Source: Lama glama
Taxonomy: Eukaryota
Length of the DNA stretch: 64,000 nt
Assembly (NCBI GenBank): GCA_028534125.1
Contig: CM052816.1
Span: forward strand, 62,746,001 to 62,810,000
Reading direction: 5' to 3'
Position numbers and translations under genes: made by a program. The notes below the pieces were generated by a model that made no database searches, had not been told where the DNA came from, and worked only from the letters and a program-made list of their open reading frames with translations. This document shows, piece by piece, positions 1 to 12,664 of the stretch. Every line of letters starts with the position of its first letter. Positions within the stretch are counted from its first letter, which is position 1.

Positions 1-619
1 CCATGGTAGCCAACTCTACTAAAAATAAGGAATATATTGGAATTGATAATTTCCTTTGAAGTACTCTGGAGACTTGGGGATGATAGTGATGAACTCAAGG
101 CTTTAAATTTCCAGCTAAATTTCCATGTATGGGAACTTGTATATTTTAATTCTTTTCTCTGTTTCCCTCCCATTCCCCTCCTGTTTATCATAAGATATAT
201 TTCTAGTACATTACTTTCAACTTAATATTTAAATTACAGGATATCAAAGAGAGAACATGGCTCAGTTAGAAGAGGAATGGATATCACCCAAAGATTTTGA
301 GATGAAAGTTATCTATGGTTATATGACAATAGTAATGTTTGGTGAAAGCATGCTTTTGCTTTTTTTTTTTTAATTTGGAAAGGACATATAAAAAGAGGTG
401 TATTTCTCTTTTCACCGTGAATTGTTTGATAGCAAATTTTTTAAAAATTCCAAATGGAATATCTTTTGTTTTGATAATTTTATCAGTAATTTTTAGTTTT
501 ATTGGATTGCTTGTATGTTTTTATTTTAGGGATTTCCTGATATTTTCTTTGTGACTTAGTATGTGATCATTTTTAAAATAAATGTGTTAGTTTACTTGAG
601 AGGTTTATTCTCTATCAAA

Positions 620-1720
620 GTATAGAGTTCACTTTAAAATTCCTTTGCTATATGAAGTTTGCATTTTTAACACTTTTAGTCTACTCTTTCATAATTTAGC
701 CTTCAACTCTCTGTCCCTCTTAAATAGTATCCTTTGATTCTCACCATATTTCTGTGTAACAGGAATAGGCTATTTTCTCCTTTCCTTTTTTATTTTCCCT
801 TCTCATATTTTTTAAAAAATGTATCAGTTTTACTTTACCAGAACTCAATTGAGCATGTTTTAACAATAAATTATTCTTCAACTCTTGTCCTCACCTTTAT
901 TTTAATCTAAAATTCATGATTAAACATATATAGTTGACCCTTGAACAATATGGGAGTTAGGGGCACCCACCTTCCCCACAGCAGAAAATTAATATATGAC
1001 TTACAGTCAGCCCTCTGTATACACAGTTCGTCCATATATGTGGTTCCACATCTATGGATTCAACCAATTGTGGGTCATATAGTACTGGGAAAAAAAGTCT
1101 GTGTAAAGTGTATCTGCTCAGTTCAAACCCATGTTGTTCAAAGGTCAAGTGTATATTGGTCTCTGTAAGTCTTGTTTCCAAAGTGGCTCCAGGCATCTCT
1201 TGTTTGGATAAAACTTTTTCTCTTGTGGATACCTCGTGAAGGACTCATGAGAACAGTATCCTTGAGTTCTTAAATTTTTTTTCATAAACTTTATTTTTAA
1301 GAACAGATGGGATGGATATAAATCCTAGGTTCACAATTTATATCTTGGTATTTCTAGATAAAGTTCCTCTGTTGCCTTTCTTTATATATTGCACTGAGAA
1401 ATCTGATGTCAACCTAATTCTCCTGCATTTGTAAGATTTTTGCAGATCTGCTGGAAACTGAGGTTTTTTCTTTCTGTTTAAGTTAAAGAATGTACACAAG
1501 GCATAGATACGTCTAGGTTATGTCTTGGAGTTGAGAATTCCTGGTCAGGTTTCTCAGGTACTTGATAGGTACTCATTGGGCACTTTTATAATTTAGTCTC
1601 TGCTTTTAGAGTGATTTTTTTTCCTTGCATTACTTTTATAAGTTTAATTAACTTTGCTTCATTTCTTGCTTCATTTCTTTTGACCCATTTTCAATCTTAG
1701 TTTTTGAATTTCTGATTCAA
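620..1720 (-). mobile_element. Ancient HAL1/L1M-type LINE fragment (ORF1 region), interrupted by a Tigger2-type MITE
   Basis: Antisense ORF1-type motifs 'gaaggactcatgagaacagtatccttgagttct' and 'gagaaatctgatgtcaacctaattctc' resemble recalled HAL1/L1 consensus. Boundaries are approximate. Confidence 0.55.
931..1151. mobile_element. Tigger2-derived MITE (MER8/Tigger2a-like, TcMar-Tigger)
   Basis: TIRs tagttgacccttgaacaa (931) and ttgttcaaaggtcaagtg (ends 1151) match the Tigger2 TIR CAGTTGACCCTTGAACAA. TA dinucleotide on both flanks (929-930, 1152-1153). Confidence 0.9.
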
Positions 1721-1786
1721 GCCCCCCTGCACAAATTCCTAAATGCTATTTGTGAATATTTAATCCCCAAATAAAGAGGGATGGAT

Positions 1787-1841
1787 GTGTGTGTATGCAT
1801 GTGTATATACATACACATAATATATGTGTGTGTATGAGAGA

Positions 1842-1903
<62 letters not shown>
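1787..1903. repeat. Compound (TG)n/(TA)n microsatellite
   Basis: Directly visible TG and TA runs, including an uninterrupted (TA)n at about 1859-1900. Confidence 0.95.
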
Positions 1904-1905
<2 letters not shown>

Positions 1906-1976
1906 TTAGATGTTCTACTATGTATAAATTTTGTCCTTCACTTGGGTTTAGCTTTTGTTACACAAATACATTATAT

Positions 1977-2351
1977 ATATTTTTAAACATTTTTTAATTG
2001 AGTTATAGTCATTTTACAATGTTGTGTCAAATTTCAGTGTAGCACACAATTTTTCAGTTATACATGAACATAATATATATTCATTGTCACATGAGATCTT
2101 GTATATATTTCCCTGTGCTATACAGTATAATCTTGTTTATCTAGTCTACATATGCCTGTCAGTATCTACAAATTTTGAACTCCCAGTCTATCCCTTCCCA
2201 CCCTCTACCCCTTGGCAACCACAAGTTTGTATTCTATGTCTGTGAGTCTGTTTCCGTTTTGTATTTATGTTCTTTTTTTTTTTTTTTAGATTTCACATAT
2301 GAGTGATCTCATATGGTATTTTTCTTTCTCTTTCTGGCTTACTTTATTTAG
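1977..2351 (-). mobile_element. Young 5'-truncated LINE-1 3'UTR (camelid-like family)
   Basis: T-rich tail on the left, L1 3'UTR antisense, TSD ACATTATAT at 1968-1976 and 2352-2360 followed by TTTT/AA. Clearly homologous to 50677-50968. Confidence 0.9.
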
Positions 2352-2400
2352 ACATTATATTTTTAATATGATGTGGGATTGCTTTCATGTAGTTCTTCAT

Positions 2401-5385
2401 TTTTTAATTGAAGTATAGATGATTTAAAATATTATGTTAGTTTCAGTTGTACAACATAGTGATTAAATGGAGTCTAGCCTATAAAAATATTGAAAATTAT
2501 TACAAATAATGGCTATATTTTCCTGTACTGTACAGTATATCCTTGTTGCTTATTTTATAGATAGTAGTTTGTATTTCTTAATCTACCACCATCTTGTACC
2601 CCCCTCTCCCTTTTCTCACTGGTAACCACTAGTTTGTTCTCTGTAAATGTAAGTCCGTTTCTGTTTTGTTATATTACTGGTTTGTTTTATTTTTAAAGTC
2701 CACATATAAGTGATAACAGAGCACTTGTCTTTCTCAGTCTGACTCATTTCAAAAGCATAATATAGTCTAGGTCCAGCCACAATGTTTTAAATGGCAAAAT
2801 TTCATTTCTTTTTATAGTTGTGTGTGTGTGCATGTGATATATACATATATTTTCTTTATCCATTCATCTATTGATGAACACTTAAGTTGCTTCCATATTG
2901 TGGTTGTTGTAAATAATGCTACTATGAATATTGGTGAGCATGTATCTTTTCAAATTTTTTTTAAAATTTTCTTTGGATATATACCTAGGAGTGGAATTGC
3001 TGGATCATATGGTTTCTATTTTCAGTTTTTTGAGGAAACTGCGTGTTTTCCATTGTGACTGAATGAATTTACATTCCTGCCAAGAGGATTCCTTTCTCTC
3101 TGCATCCTCACCAACATTTGTTATTTGAAGACATTTTGATGATAACCATTGTGACAGGTGTGATGTAACATCTCATTACGGTTTTTGTGTTCATCTCTCT
3201 GATTTGCGATGTTGAGCCTCTTTGCTTGTGCCTCTTGGCAATCTGTATGTCTTCTTTGGAAAAATGGCAATTCAGGTATTCTGTCCAATTTTCAGTTGGG
3301 TTGTATTTGTTTGATGCTAACTTGTATGAGCTGTTTATATATATTGGATATTAACCCCTAATCAGACAAATCTTTTGCAAATATCTTCTCCCATTTGTTA
3401 GGGTTTTTTCTTCATTTTGTTGTGCAAAAGCTTTTAATTTTAATTAGGTCTCTCACTCTCTTTTTTTTTTTTTTTTTTTTTTTAGTTTTGCTTTTGTTTC
3501 TTTTTCCTTAGGAGGCAGATCAAAAGAAAATATTGCTAACATTTATGACAAAAACTGTTCTATGTTCTTTTCTAGGTGTTTTATGGTTTTAGGTCTTATA
3601 TTTAGGTCATTAATCAATTTTTTTTTCTTGTATGGGAAAATGTCCTAATTTCATTCTTTCAAATGTAGCTGTCCAGTTTTGCAGCACCATATATTAAATG
3701 GATTGTCTTTTGCCCATTGTATATACTTGCCTCCCTTGGGAGATTAATTGACCATAAATACATGGTCATATTTCTGAGTTCTGTATTCTGTTCCATTGAT
3801 CTATGTAGACAATATTTATGCCAGTACCATACTGTTTTGATTACTGTAGCTTTATATTATAGTCTGAAGTCAGGGAGCATGATACCTCCACCTTTGTTTT
3901 CTGAAAATTTCTGTGTCAGTTCAGGGTCTTCTGTGTTTCCATATATATTATAGGATTATATGTCCTAGTTCTGTGAAAAATGTCATGGGTAATTTGAGAG
4001 GGGTTTCATCAAATCCATAGGTTGCTTTGGGTAGTATGGACATTTTAACAGTATTCTTCCAACTCATGAACATGATATATGTTTCTAATTTTTTTATTAT
4101 CTTTAATTTCCTATATCAATGTTTTATAAATTTCAGAGTATAGGTCTTTCCCTTCCTTGGTTAATTTTATTCCAAGATGTTTTATTCTTTTTGATGTCAT
4201 TTTAAAAGGAATTGTTTTCTTATTTTCTCCTTCTGATAGGTCATTATTAACGTATATAAATATAATAGATTTCTGTATTTTCTCACATTCTGCAACTTTA
4301 ATGAGTTGATTTATTTATTCTAATAGAGAATAATTTGTTATTCCCTTTCTCCTACTGACTTTGGACTTTATTCTTCTTTTTCATCTTAAATAATTAGTTA
4401 GGCTTTTTATTTGAGATTTTTCTTGTTTCTTGAGATAGGCCTGTATCAATATAAACTTCTCTCTCAGATCTTCTTTTGCTGTATCCCATAGATTTTGGTT
4501 AGTTGCATTTTTATTTTCATTTGTACTGAGAAATGTGTTGATTTCCTCTTTGATTTCTTCATTGACTCATTTTTTAAATAGCATGTTGTTTAGTGTCTAC
4601 TTGTTTTTGTTTTTCCCATTTTTCTTCCTGTAATTTCTAATTTAATAATATGATTGGAAAAGATGCTTGATATAATTTCTACCCTCTTATATTTGTTAGT
4701 TGTATTGTGGCTTAGCATGTGATCTCTAATGGAGAATGTGCCATGTGTGCACTTTAAAAGAATATGAATTCTGTTTCTGAATAGAGTGTCTTGTAGATAT
4801 CTTTTAAGTCCATTTGGTTTAATATGCCATTTAAGAGCATAGTTTCCTTACTGATTTCCTTTCTGGATGATCTATCCATTGATGCAAGTGGAGTTTTAAA
4901 GTCTTCTGCTATTAATGTATTATTGTCGATTTCTCCCTTTATGTTTGTTAGTATTTAGTTTATGTGTTTAGGTTCTCCTACACTAAGTACATATGTGCTA
5001 ATAAGTGTTATATCCTCTTCTTATATTTATCCCTTTATCATTATATAATACCCATGTTTGCTTTTAGCTGTAAACTTTATTTTTCCTTTGCTGCTTTATT
5101 ATTTTTTAATTTTTTTTATTGAAGTGTAGTTGATTTACAATGTTATCTTCATGTGTACAGCAAACCAATTCAGTTATACATATACATACGTACATATTTT
5201 TTAATTTAAAGTCTGTTTTGTCTGGGTATTACTACCCCTACTTTGTTATCATTCCATTTGCTTGAAATATCTTTCTACTCTCTCACTTTCAGTCTGTGTG
5301 TGTCTTTAGCTCTGAAGTGAGTTTCTTCTAAGCAGCATACAGATGTGTCTTGTTTTTTACCCAATCAGCCACGCTATGTCTTTTT
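2401..5385 (-). mobile_element. LINE-1 (3'UTR plus ORF2 remnants, internal deletion near 4325)
   Basis: Starts with 'ttttaattgaagtatagatgattt'. Continues through typical antisense ORF2 C-terminal and RT sequence ('tatatacctaggagtggaattgctggatcatatgg', 'ccagtaccatactgttttgattactgtagc'), then jumps to EN-region sequence ('tctggatgatctatccattgatgcaagtggagttttaaagtc'). Confidence 0.85.
5101..5204 (-). mobile_element. Very short L1 3' end inserted in the older L1
   Basis: 'ttttttttattgaagtgtagttgatttacaatgtt...cagttatacatatacata'. Host ORF2 sequence resumes at about 5205. Confidence 0.7.
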
Positions 5386-6812
5386 TTTTCTGTGCATCTT
5401 TTACTTGTAGTTGATGTACAATATTATATAAATTATAGGTGTAGAATATAATGATTGACAATTTAAAGATTATACTCCATTTGTAGTTATTATAAAATAT
5501 TGGCTGTATTCCTTGTGTTGTACAATATTATCATTGTGGCTTATTTTATACAAAGTAGTTTGGATCTTTTAATCCCCAACTCCTATACTGCCTCTTACTT
5601 TCCTCGCTGGTAATGGTTGGTTTGTACTCTGTATCTGAGAGTCTGTTCCTGTTTTGTTATATTCATTAATTTTTTTTATTTTTTAAATTCTGTGTATGTG
5701 ATATACAGTATTTGGCAGTCTTTGATTTATTTCACTTTGCATACATAATACCTTCCAATGACAAAAATTTCTTCTTTTTATGGTTGAATAGTATTTCTTT
5801 GTGTGTGTGTATCATATCTATCTATATACACACATATGTCTATATATATATATATATGTATATAGTCATCTTCTTTATCCATTCATCTTTCGATGGACAC
5901 TTAGGTTGCTTCCAAATCTTGGCAATTGTAAATAATGCAGCTGTGGACATTGGAGTGTATGTATATTTTTGAATTAGTGTTTTGGTTTTTTGTATATGTA
6001 CACAGATGTATAATTGCTGTGTCATATGGTAGTTCTATTTTTATTGCATTGACAAACCTCCATATTGTTCTCCACAGTGGCTGCAACAGTTTTCATTCCT
6101 ACAACAGAGTATGAGGGTTCCATTTTCTCCGTATCCTTGCCAACATTTTTTAATGTGTTCTTTTTGATAACAATCATTCTGACAGGTGTGAGGTGGGATC
6201 TTTGTGTTTTGGATTTGCCTTTCTTTGATGATTAGTAATACTGAGCATCTTTTCATTTGCCGGGTTGGACATCTGTGTGTCTTCTTTGGAAAAATGTCTA
6301 TTTAGGTCTTTTGCCCTTTTTTATTGGGTTGTTTGTTTTTAATATTGAGCTGTATAAGCTGTTTGTATTTTTTGGAAATGAATACCCTATTTGTTGCATC
6401 ATTTGCACGTATTTTCTCCCATTAAATAGGTTGTCTCTTCATTCTGCTGATGATTTCCTTTGCTGTGAAAAACTTTTAAGTTTAATTGGGTCCTATTTCT
6501 TTATTTTTGCTTGTATTTCCTTTGTCTTAGATGACTAATCCAAAAAAAATATTGCTACAATTTACGTCAAAGAGTGTTCTGACTATGTTTTCTTCTAGGA
6601 GTTTTATGGTTTCCAGTGGTACATTTTGGTCTTTAATCTATTTTGAGTTTATTTTTGTGTATGGTTATGGGGAATGTTTTAATTTTATTCTTTTACACAT
6701 TACTGCCCAGTTTTCCCAGCACCACTTATTGAAGAGATTTTCTTTTCCACTGTATATTCTTGCCTCCTTTGTCTTAGATTATGACCAGAAATATGTGGGT
6801 TTATTTCTTGTC
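5386..6812 (-). mobile_element. LINE-1 3'UTR plus ORF2 C-terminus
   Basis: Minus-strand ORFs give '[29 protein letters not shown]' and 'QPLWRTIWRF..KIELPYD', diagnostic of the L1 ORF2p C-terminus. Confidence 0.9.
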
Positions 6813-6819
6813 TCTCTAT

Positions 6820-7075
6820 CCTGTAATGAGAAAGCTAACTGATTTTGGGAAAAGAATAGAAGAGCATAGTAAGAACTTTAATAAGGAACTACAGAATATT
6901 AAAAAGGACTGGTCAGTCCTGAATAACTTAATGAATGAAATGAAAAACACACTAGAAGGAATTAAGAGCAGAGGAGGTGATAGAGAAGAACTTATAAATT
7001 GTCTGGAACATATAAGTCATCTGGGAATACCTAATCAGAAACTGCAAAAAGAAAAACAACTGAGAATCATTTAAG
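6820..7075 (+). mobile_element. LINE-1 ORF1 coiled-coil fragment, opposite orientation to the adjacent L1
   Basis: Translation 'RKLTDFGKRIEEHSKNFNKELQNIKKD...NEMKNTLEGIKSR...EELINCLE' resembles the L1 ORF1p heptad region. Confidence 0.8.
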
Positions 7076-7591
7076 GGTTAGGGAGAAATATTTTTGTTGT
7101 AATCAATAAAATGTAAGCAGCTTAATTATCTCTTTTCTTTAAAAAAATTTTTTTACCTTTATTATGTATCAGTGACTCTGAATGTTACTTATATTTAAAG
7201 TCTTTCGCTCAAATTTATTATAAAATTTTTCAATCAATGAGTAAAGATGAAAGAATTTTATAGTGGATACCTAAACACTTTAGAACTACCTATTTCTAAA
7301 ACTTACTAAGCTTTCTTTATCACATATCTGTCCATCTATCCATCTTTCTCTACATGCAGCAATGTGTCTTATTTATGTGATAGATTAAATGCCATTTAGT
7401 TTTCCTATATTTATTGTTCATATCCCAAGCTACAAGTTATTTTAGGGCAGTGATTATGTTTTGTTTATAGATTTTAGCGATAAAACAGTCTTGATAGTTC
7501 CTAGTGTCAACTTACTGAATTAGAGCTCATCAAAAATGATGAATTTAGTACTCTTTTTGAAGAAATATTAATTAACTCTTTAAATACTGAT

Positions 7592-7737
7592 AGGTAGTAT
7601 GGTGTAGTAAAAAGTTTAGGCTTTAGCATCAAAAACTGTGATTTTAATCCTTTTTACTTTGGCCAAGTTAACTTTAGTTTTCTGTGCCTTGGTTTCCTCA
7701 TGTATACTATCCCAAAAGATTACTGTGAAGAATAGGA
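7592..7737 (+). mobile_element. MIR SINE, 5' part (split by L1MC1-like insertion)
   Basis: 'ggtagtatggtgtagt...ttggccaagttaactttagttttctgtgccttggtttcctcat' is MIR core-like. The 3' part resumes at about 9755. Confidence 0.7.
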
Positions 7738-9750
7738 TTCACTAACAATAGTGAAGGTGCAGGATACCATGTTACTGTACAAAAGTCCATCAGTTTCTAT
7801 ATACTAGCAATGAATAAGTGAAATTTGAAATTAAGAACACAATACATTACATTTACATTTACATTAGAACCAAACATGAAATTCTTAGGTATAAATCTAA
7901 CAAATATGTGTAATATCTATGTGAGAAAAGCAACAAGATTGTAAAGTAAAGAATCAAAGAAGAACTAAATAAATGGAAAGATATTCCACGTTTATGGATA
8001 GAAAGATTCAATATTGTCAAGATATCAGTTTTCTCCAACATGATGTATGGATTAAATTCAATCCCAATCAAAATCCCAGCAATTATTTTGTGGACACTGA
8101 TAATAAAGTTTATATGGAGAGGCAAGAGGCCCAGAATAGCCAATGAAATACTGAAAAAGAAAAAAGTTGGAGGACAGACATTACCCTACTTTAGGAATTA
8201 CCATAAAGCTACAGTAATCAAGATGGTATAATATTGGTAGAACAGCAAACAACTATATCAATGGAACAAAAAGAGAGCCAAGCAATAGACCTGCATAAAT
8301 ATAATTGGATGATCTTTGACAAAGGAGGAAAGACAATAGCATGAAACAAAGGTAGTACCTTTAACAAATGATGCTGGAACAACCGGACATCCACATGTTT
8401 TTAAAGAAAAGATTCTAGACTCAGACCTTACAACCTCCACAAAAAAATTAATTCAAAATGGATCACTCAAAGGGTAAAACACAAAACTATAAAACTCCTA
8501 GAAGATAACATAGGATAAAACCTAGATGATGTGGGATATGGTGATAACTTTTTAGATACAACACTAAAGGCATGATCCATGGAAGAAAGAAGTGGTAAGT
8601 TGGACTTCATTTAAATTAAAGACTTTTGCTCTGTGAAAGACAACGTGAAGAGAATGAAAAGACAAGCACAGATTGGGAGAAAATATTTGCGAAAGACATC
8701 TGGTAGAGAACTGTTATCCAAAATATACAAAAACTTGAAAAAACTCAGCAATAAGAAAACAAGCAATCCAGTTTAAAAATAGGCCAAAGATCCTAACAGA
8801 CACTTCACCAAAGAAATCATACAAATGGCAAATAAGGATATAAACCAAGAGGCCCCAATTATATATTGGGAGAGAAATATAAATTAAAAGAACAATTCTA
8901 CATATCTGTTAGAATGGCTATAATCTAAAACAGTGATAATACCAAATGCTGGCACGGATGTTGAACAACAGGATATCTCATTCATTGATGGTTGGAATGC
9001 AAAATGGTACAGCCTCTTTGGAAGAAAATTTGGCAGTTTCTTACAAAACAAAACATAATCTTACCACATGATCGAGGAGTCATGCTCCTTGGTATTTACC
9101 TGAAGGAGTTGAAAGCTGATATCCACACAAAAACCTTCATGTGGATACATAAACAGCTTTATTCATAATTGCTAAAAGTTGGAAACAAACAAACAAGATG
9201 TCCTTCAGTAGGTGAATGGATAAATAGACTGTGGTACCCCCAGTCAATGGAATATCATTAAACTCTAAACAGAAATGAGCTATCAAGCCATGAAGAGATG
9301 TGCATATTACTAAGTGGAAGAAGAAGTCAACCTACATATTATGTGATTCCAACTATATAACATCATGGAAAAGGCAAAACCATAAAGACAGTGAAAAAGA
9401 TCAGTGGTTTCCAGGAGTTAGTGGGAAGAAAGGGATAAATGGGCAGAGCACAGAAGGTACTTATGGCAGGGGACCTACTCTGTATGATACTATAATTGTC
9501 AGTGAAAGCCATTGTACATTTGTTCAGACTCACAGAATGTGCAACACTAAGAGTAAACCCTATATAAACTATGAACTTTTGTTGATTACATTGTGTCAAT
9601 GTAGATTCATCAATCAAAACTAATATTCCCCTCTGATGGGAGAAGCTATGCATGTGTGGGGGCAAAGGACTTATGGGAAATCTCTGTGCCTTCTGCTCAG
9701 TATTGCTACGAACCTAATATTGTTCTAAAATAGAAAGTCTGTTTTTAAAA
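7738..9750 (+). mobile_element. LINE-1 ORF2 3' half plus 3'UTR (L1MC1-like)
   Basis: ORF2-like translation 'NSIPIKIPA...IIKFIWRGKRPRIANEILKKKKVGG.TLP.FRNYHKATVIK'. The 3' end 'gggaaatctctgtgccttctgctcagtattgctacgaacctaa' resembles L1MC1. Degenerate TSD aatagga/aaaagga. Confidence 0.9.
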
Positions 9751-9754
9751 AGGA

Positions 9755-9830
9755 GTTATATATGTCAAGTTCATAGCACAGCTTCCTGTGTAAAGCAGAT
9801 AGTCAATAAACAGTATTTGCTCTTCTTCTT
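9755..9830 (+). mobile_element. MIR SINE, 3' part
   Basis: 'gttatatatgtcaagttcatagcacagcttcctg...gtcaataaacagtatt' resembles the MIR 3' end. Confidence 0.6.
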
Positions 9831-10964
9831 ACTAATAGAATTTAATTTTAACATTTTTGTTAAGATTAGTTTTATGGGTACAATAAAGTGAGGAATCAAT
9901 AAAGAGAAGAGGCGTTCAGTGTATATTGTTGAATAGAATATGATGTATGATTGGACAAAATAACTGAGATGAATATCCTAATTGTAAACCAACTTAGTCT
10001 ACATTTTCTTCAGTATTTTTTGGCTTAATTTTCTATTTATGCATGGATCTGTCCTGCTTGAATAATGAAGACTCCAGCAAATCATAGACTTACTACTCAC
10101 TGATTAACTAGGAAATATTTGGGCAACTAAAGTCAGTGTCTTGCAGATGTGTTAGAGTCTTTCTGTCCTCCCACCAGTGGACAGTTGCTTTACTCTTTTT
10201 CACACACATAGTGTGTCTTGGACTATGGCTGCTAATATTTGATATGGTGGATTTTAGAAAATGCCATTGGCTTTCAAGTCTGAAGCTGCAAGATACAGCA
10301 TACACATTTGAATATTAGCAGCATCAAACTGGAATTTTACTTTGAAAGAATAAAATATGCAGAAAAGTTTTAACTGTTCCATGTTGTTGGAACGTAAGTC
10401 AACATAAAATTGATAATAAAGATAGAAGACTGCAACAGATAACCAGAAGACTCAGTGTATGAAACTTAATTCTGAAGCTAGTGTCTCTCTTACTTAAATT
10501 AATTGGCCTATTTGATGTAAATGAGGATATTGGTAACAATGTAATTTTCCAGTTACAAGAGGAACAGAATGACAGCTCTCCAAAGAACTCTAAAATTAGT
10601 AGACCGCTTCTCAACACCTTGATAAATCTTTGCAAACTTTTCCCAGAGAGGATATTAAAAGTACAAAGAGTAGATGAATTGCAAAGGGAAATAAAGTAAG
10701 ATAAATAATGTAACATTGAATCAATACACAATTTCAGGGAGTAACTTTGCAAATGCTATATTCAGCATGTTGGTCAACAGAGCATTACATGTGATATTCT
10801 CATGTTACTGGAGAAAATATAATTCAGGGAACTGTTTGGGACTTGATTTAGATTTCGGCTTATTTTCTATTCTTGGAAAATTACAAAATATTTCTGTCAC
10901 CTTCAGAAAAGTAAAACCAAAATTATCAAAGATGATTTAAATAACTATATTTGAGATGATAAAG

Positions 10965-11195
10965 AGTCACAACTCTTCTTCATTTGAACTCCTGTATACA
11001 TGGTCTGTTTCTCTTAGAGCACTCACCGTCTTGTATCTCTAATAATTTTTTATGTATATGTCTTATTACCCTTTAAATTCCTGAGATCAGATTTTCTTTC
11101 TAATTATTCTTTTAATCTCCAACTTCTAATACAGTAAGCAGGTAATACTAAACAAATACACAAATAAATGCATGAATGGATAAATGAATAAATCA
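10965..11195 (+). mobile_element. L2 LINE 3' end
   Basis: Pyrimidine-rich L2-like tail ending in (TGAA)-type repeats 'aaatgcatgaatggataaatgaat'. Confidence 0.55.
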
Positions 11196-12049
11196 GTATT
11201 TGTTCACACACCTACATCTTTTCAATTTCTACCTCTTTGACAAATCTAGGTTTCTTCCTGTTTTCTTCATTTCACATTCTCATTTCAAATTGATATTAAT
11301 CCGATACCTGTGTCATTGCACTCATTCTGTTTATCTTAAAACTTAGCATGATATTTCAGCCTCCAGTGAGTAATTATTTCTTTGACTAGTGGAAGAAAAG
11401 CAAAAATTATTTTTACCCACATTGTTTCTCATTTATCAGAATGTACATCTGAAGAGAATGCCTCTCAAATTTGAATTTACTTTTACTTTAGCAATTTGCA
11501 ACCCCAGCAAATTTACTATACCACAGATGAGAGGGTGGAAATCCCCACCAATAGAAATGTCTGCTTAAGTAATTTAGCATGGAAACAGGGCCAAATATTA
11601 TTGACCTGAATCCAGGACTTGTTGGGTGATAAGAACCATGGGGGTCAATCCAATTTGATCTTTTAGTTCCTGTATTAAGTAAAATATCTCTGGGACAGAT
11701 AAGATGATGCTCTCCGTTTCTTGTGCTTTTAGCACCACTCCAAGAATAATTTTCTGCTTAGCACAGAACACGGGACTCTGATTCATGGGCAGATAATTGG
11801 TGAATATGTCTTTAAAGCATTCTCTTTCCCAATGTCTGGAAGTTGCTTTAGCCTCTAACCTTATACTACTTAGTGACTTGTGCCCCTGTCTCCTGGATCT
11901 GGAAATATGTTGCTGACGATCTTAAATTTCAACTTGATAAAGGAGTTGTAACTCTTCTTAGGTTTGGAAAGTTGTGCATCAACGACATTGGTGATGCTAT
12001 TTGTGTTTTTCAGTCCTAGGTCGACATTTTGATAACTTGCAGAAGTAAC

Positions 12050-12510
12050 TGAAAGTAGAGAAGTAAGGTGGAGACAAAGTGAAAGCACAGGACTATCAAG
12101 GGAGAAGCACTTAAGAGTCTTTCCGCAATAGGACAGAAGAAAGATGATGAGGGTCTGATCTAAAGCAGTATTAACAGGACAGAGAGGTGTAGGTATAAGC
12201 CTGTTTGGACTGAACGGTCTTTTCAAATAATTGAATATGAAGATATAAGTTGAATATTTGCCTCTGTCTTTTGTCATGGACAACTTGAAATTAATTGAAA
12301 CGGGGAAGGTAGGTGAAGGAAGAATTGCAGGATTTTTTTTGTAGCATCTAAGAAATACATATTTTGTTTTGGGACAAGATTGACATACTCAGGATTCACT
12401 TGGAGGAAGATGCTTTGGAAAGTTAGAAATATAAAATTATAGCTCAGAGAGGAGTTGTTGGCTAGAGATAAAGATCCAAAAATCATTGTAACAATTTGTG
12501 TGTAGACCAA
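12050..12510 (-). mobile_element. L2 LINE fragment
   Basis: Purine-rich antisense L2 motifs 'aaagatgatgagggtctgatctaaagcag' and 'gctcagagaggagttgttggctagagataaagat'. Confidence 0.6.
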
Positions 12511-12664
12511 GAAAAAAATCCTCTAAGTGTTTTTACATGTATTGCTCCATATCACAGCTGTCTTCTGTGGAAGGTGAAAATATTATTCTTTATTTTAAAG
12601 TGAAAAAACTGTAGCACAGAGATGTTGAGTATTTTACCTAAGAATATAATTCATACGTAGTGGG

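Noticed and set aside
1717..1986. ORFs with IYIYIY/THTH/CVCV repeats (also 18653-19030, 39705-39908)
   Set aside because: Translations of microsatellites.
5712..8440. Cluster of ORFs suggesting a gene
   Set aside because: All lie in frameshifted L1 ORF1/ORF2 remnants or their antisense strand. None is an intact retrotransposon or host gene.
11870..12283. 137-aa minus-strand ORF
   Set aside because: Largely overlaps a degraded L2 fragment and has no recognisable host-protein similarity.
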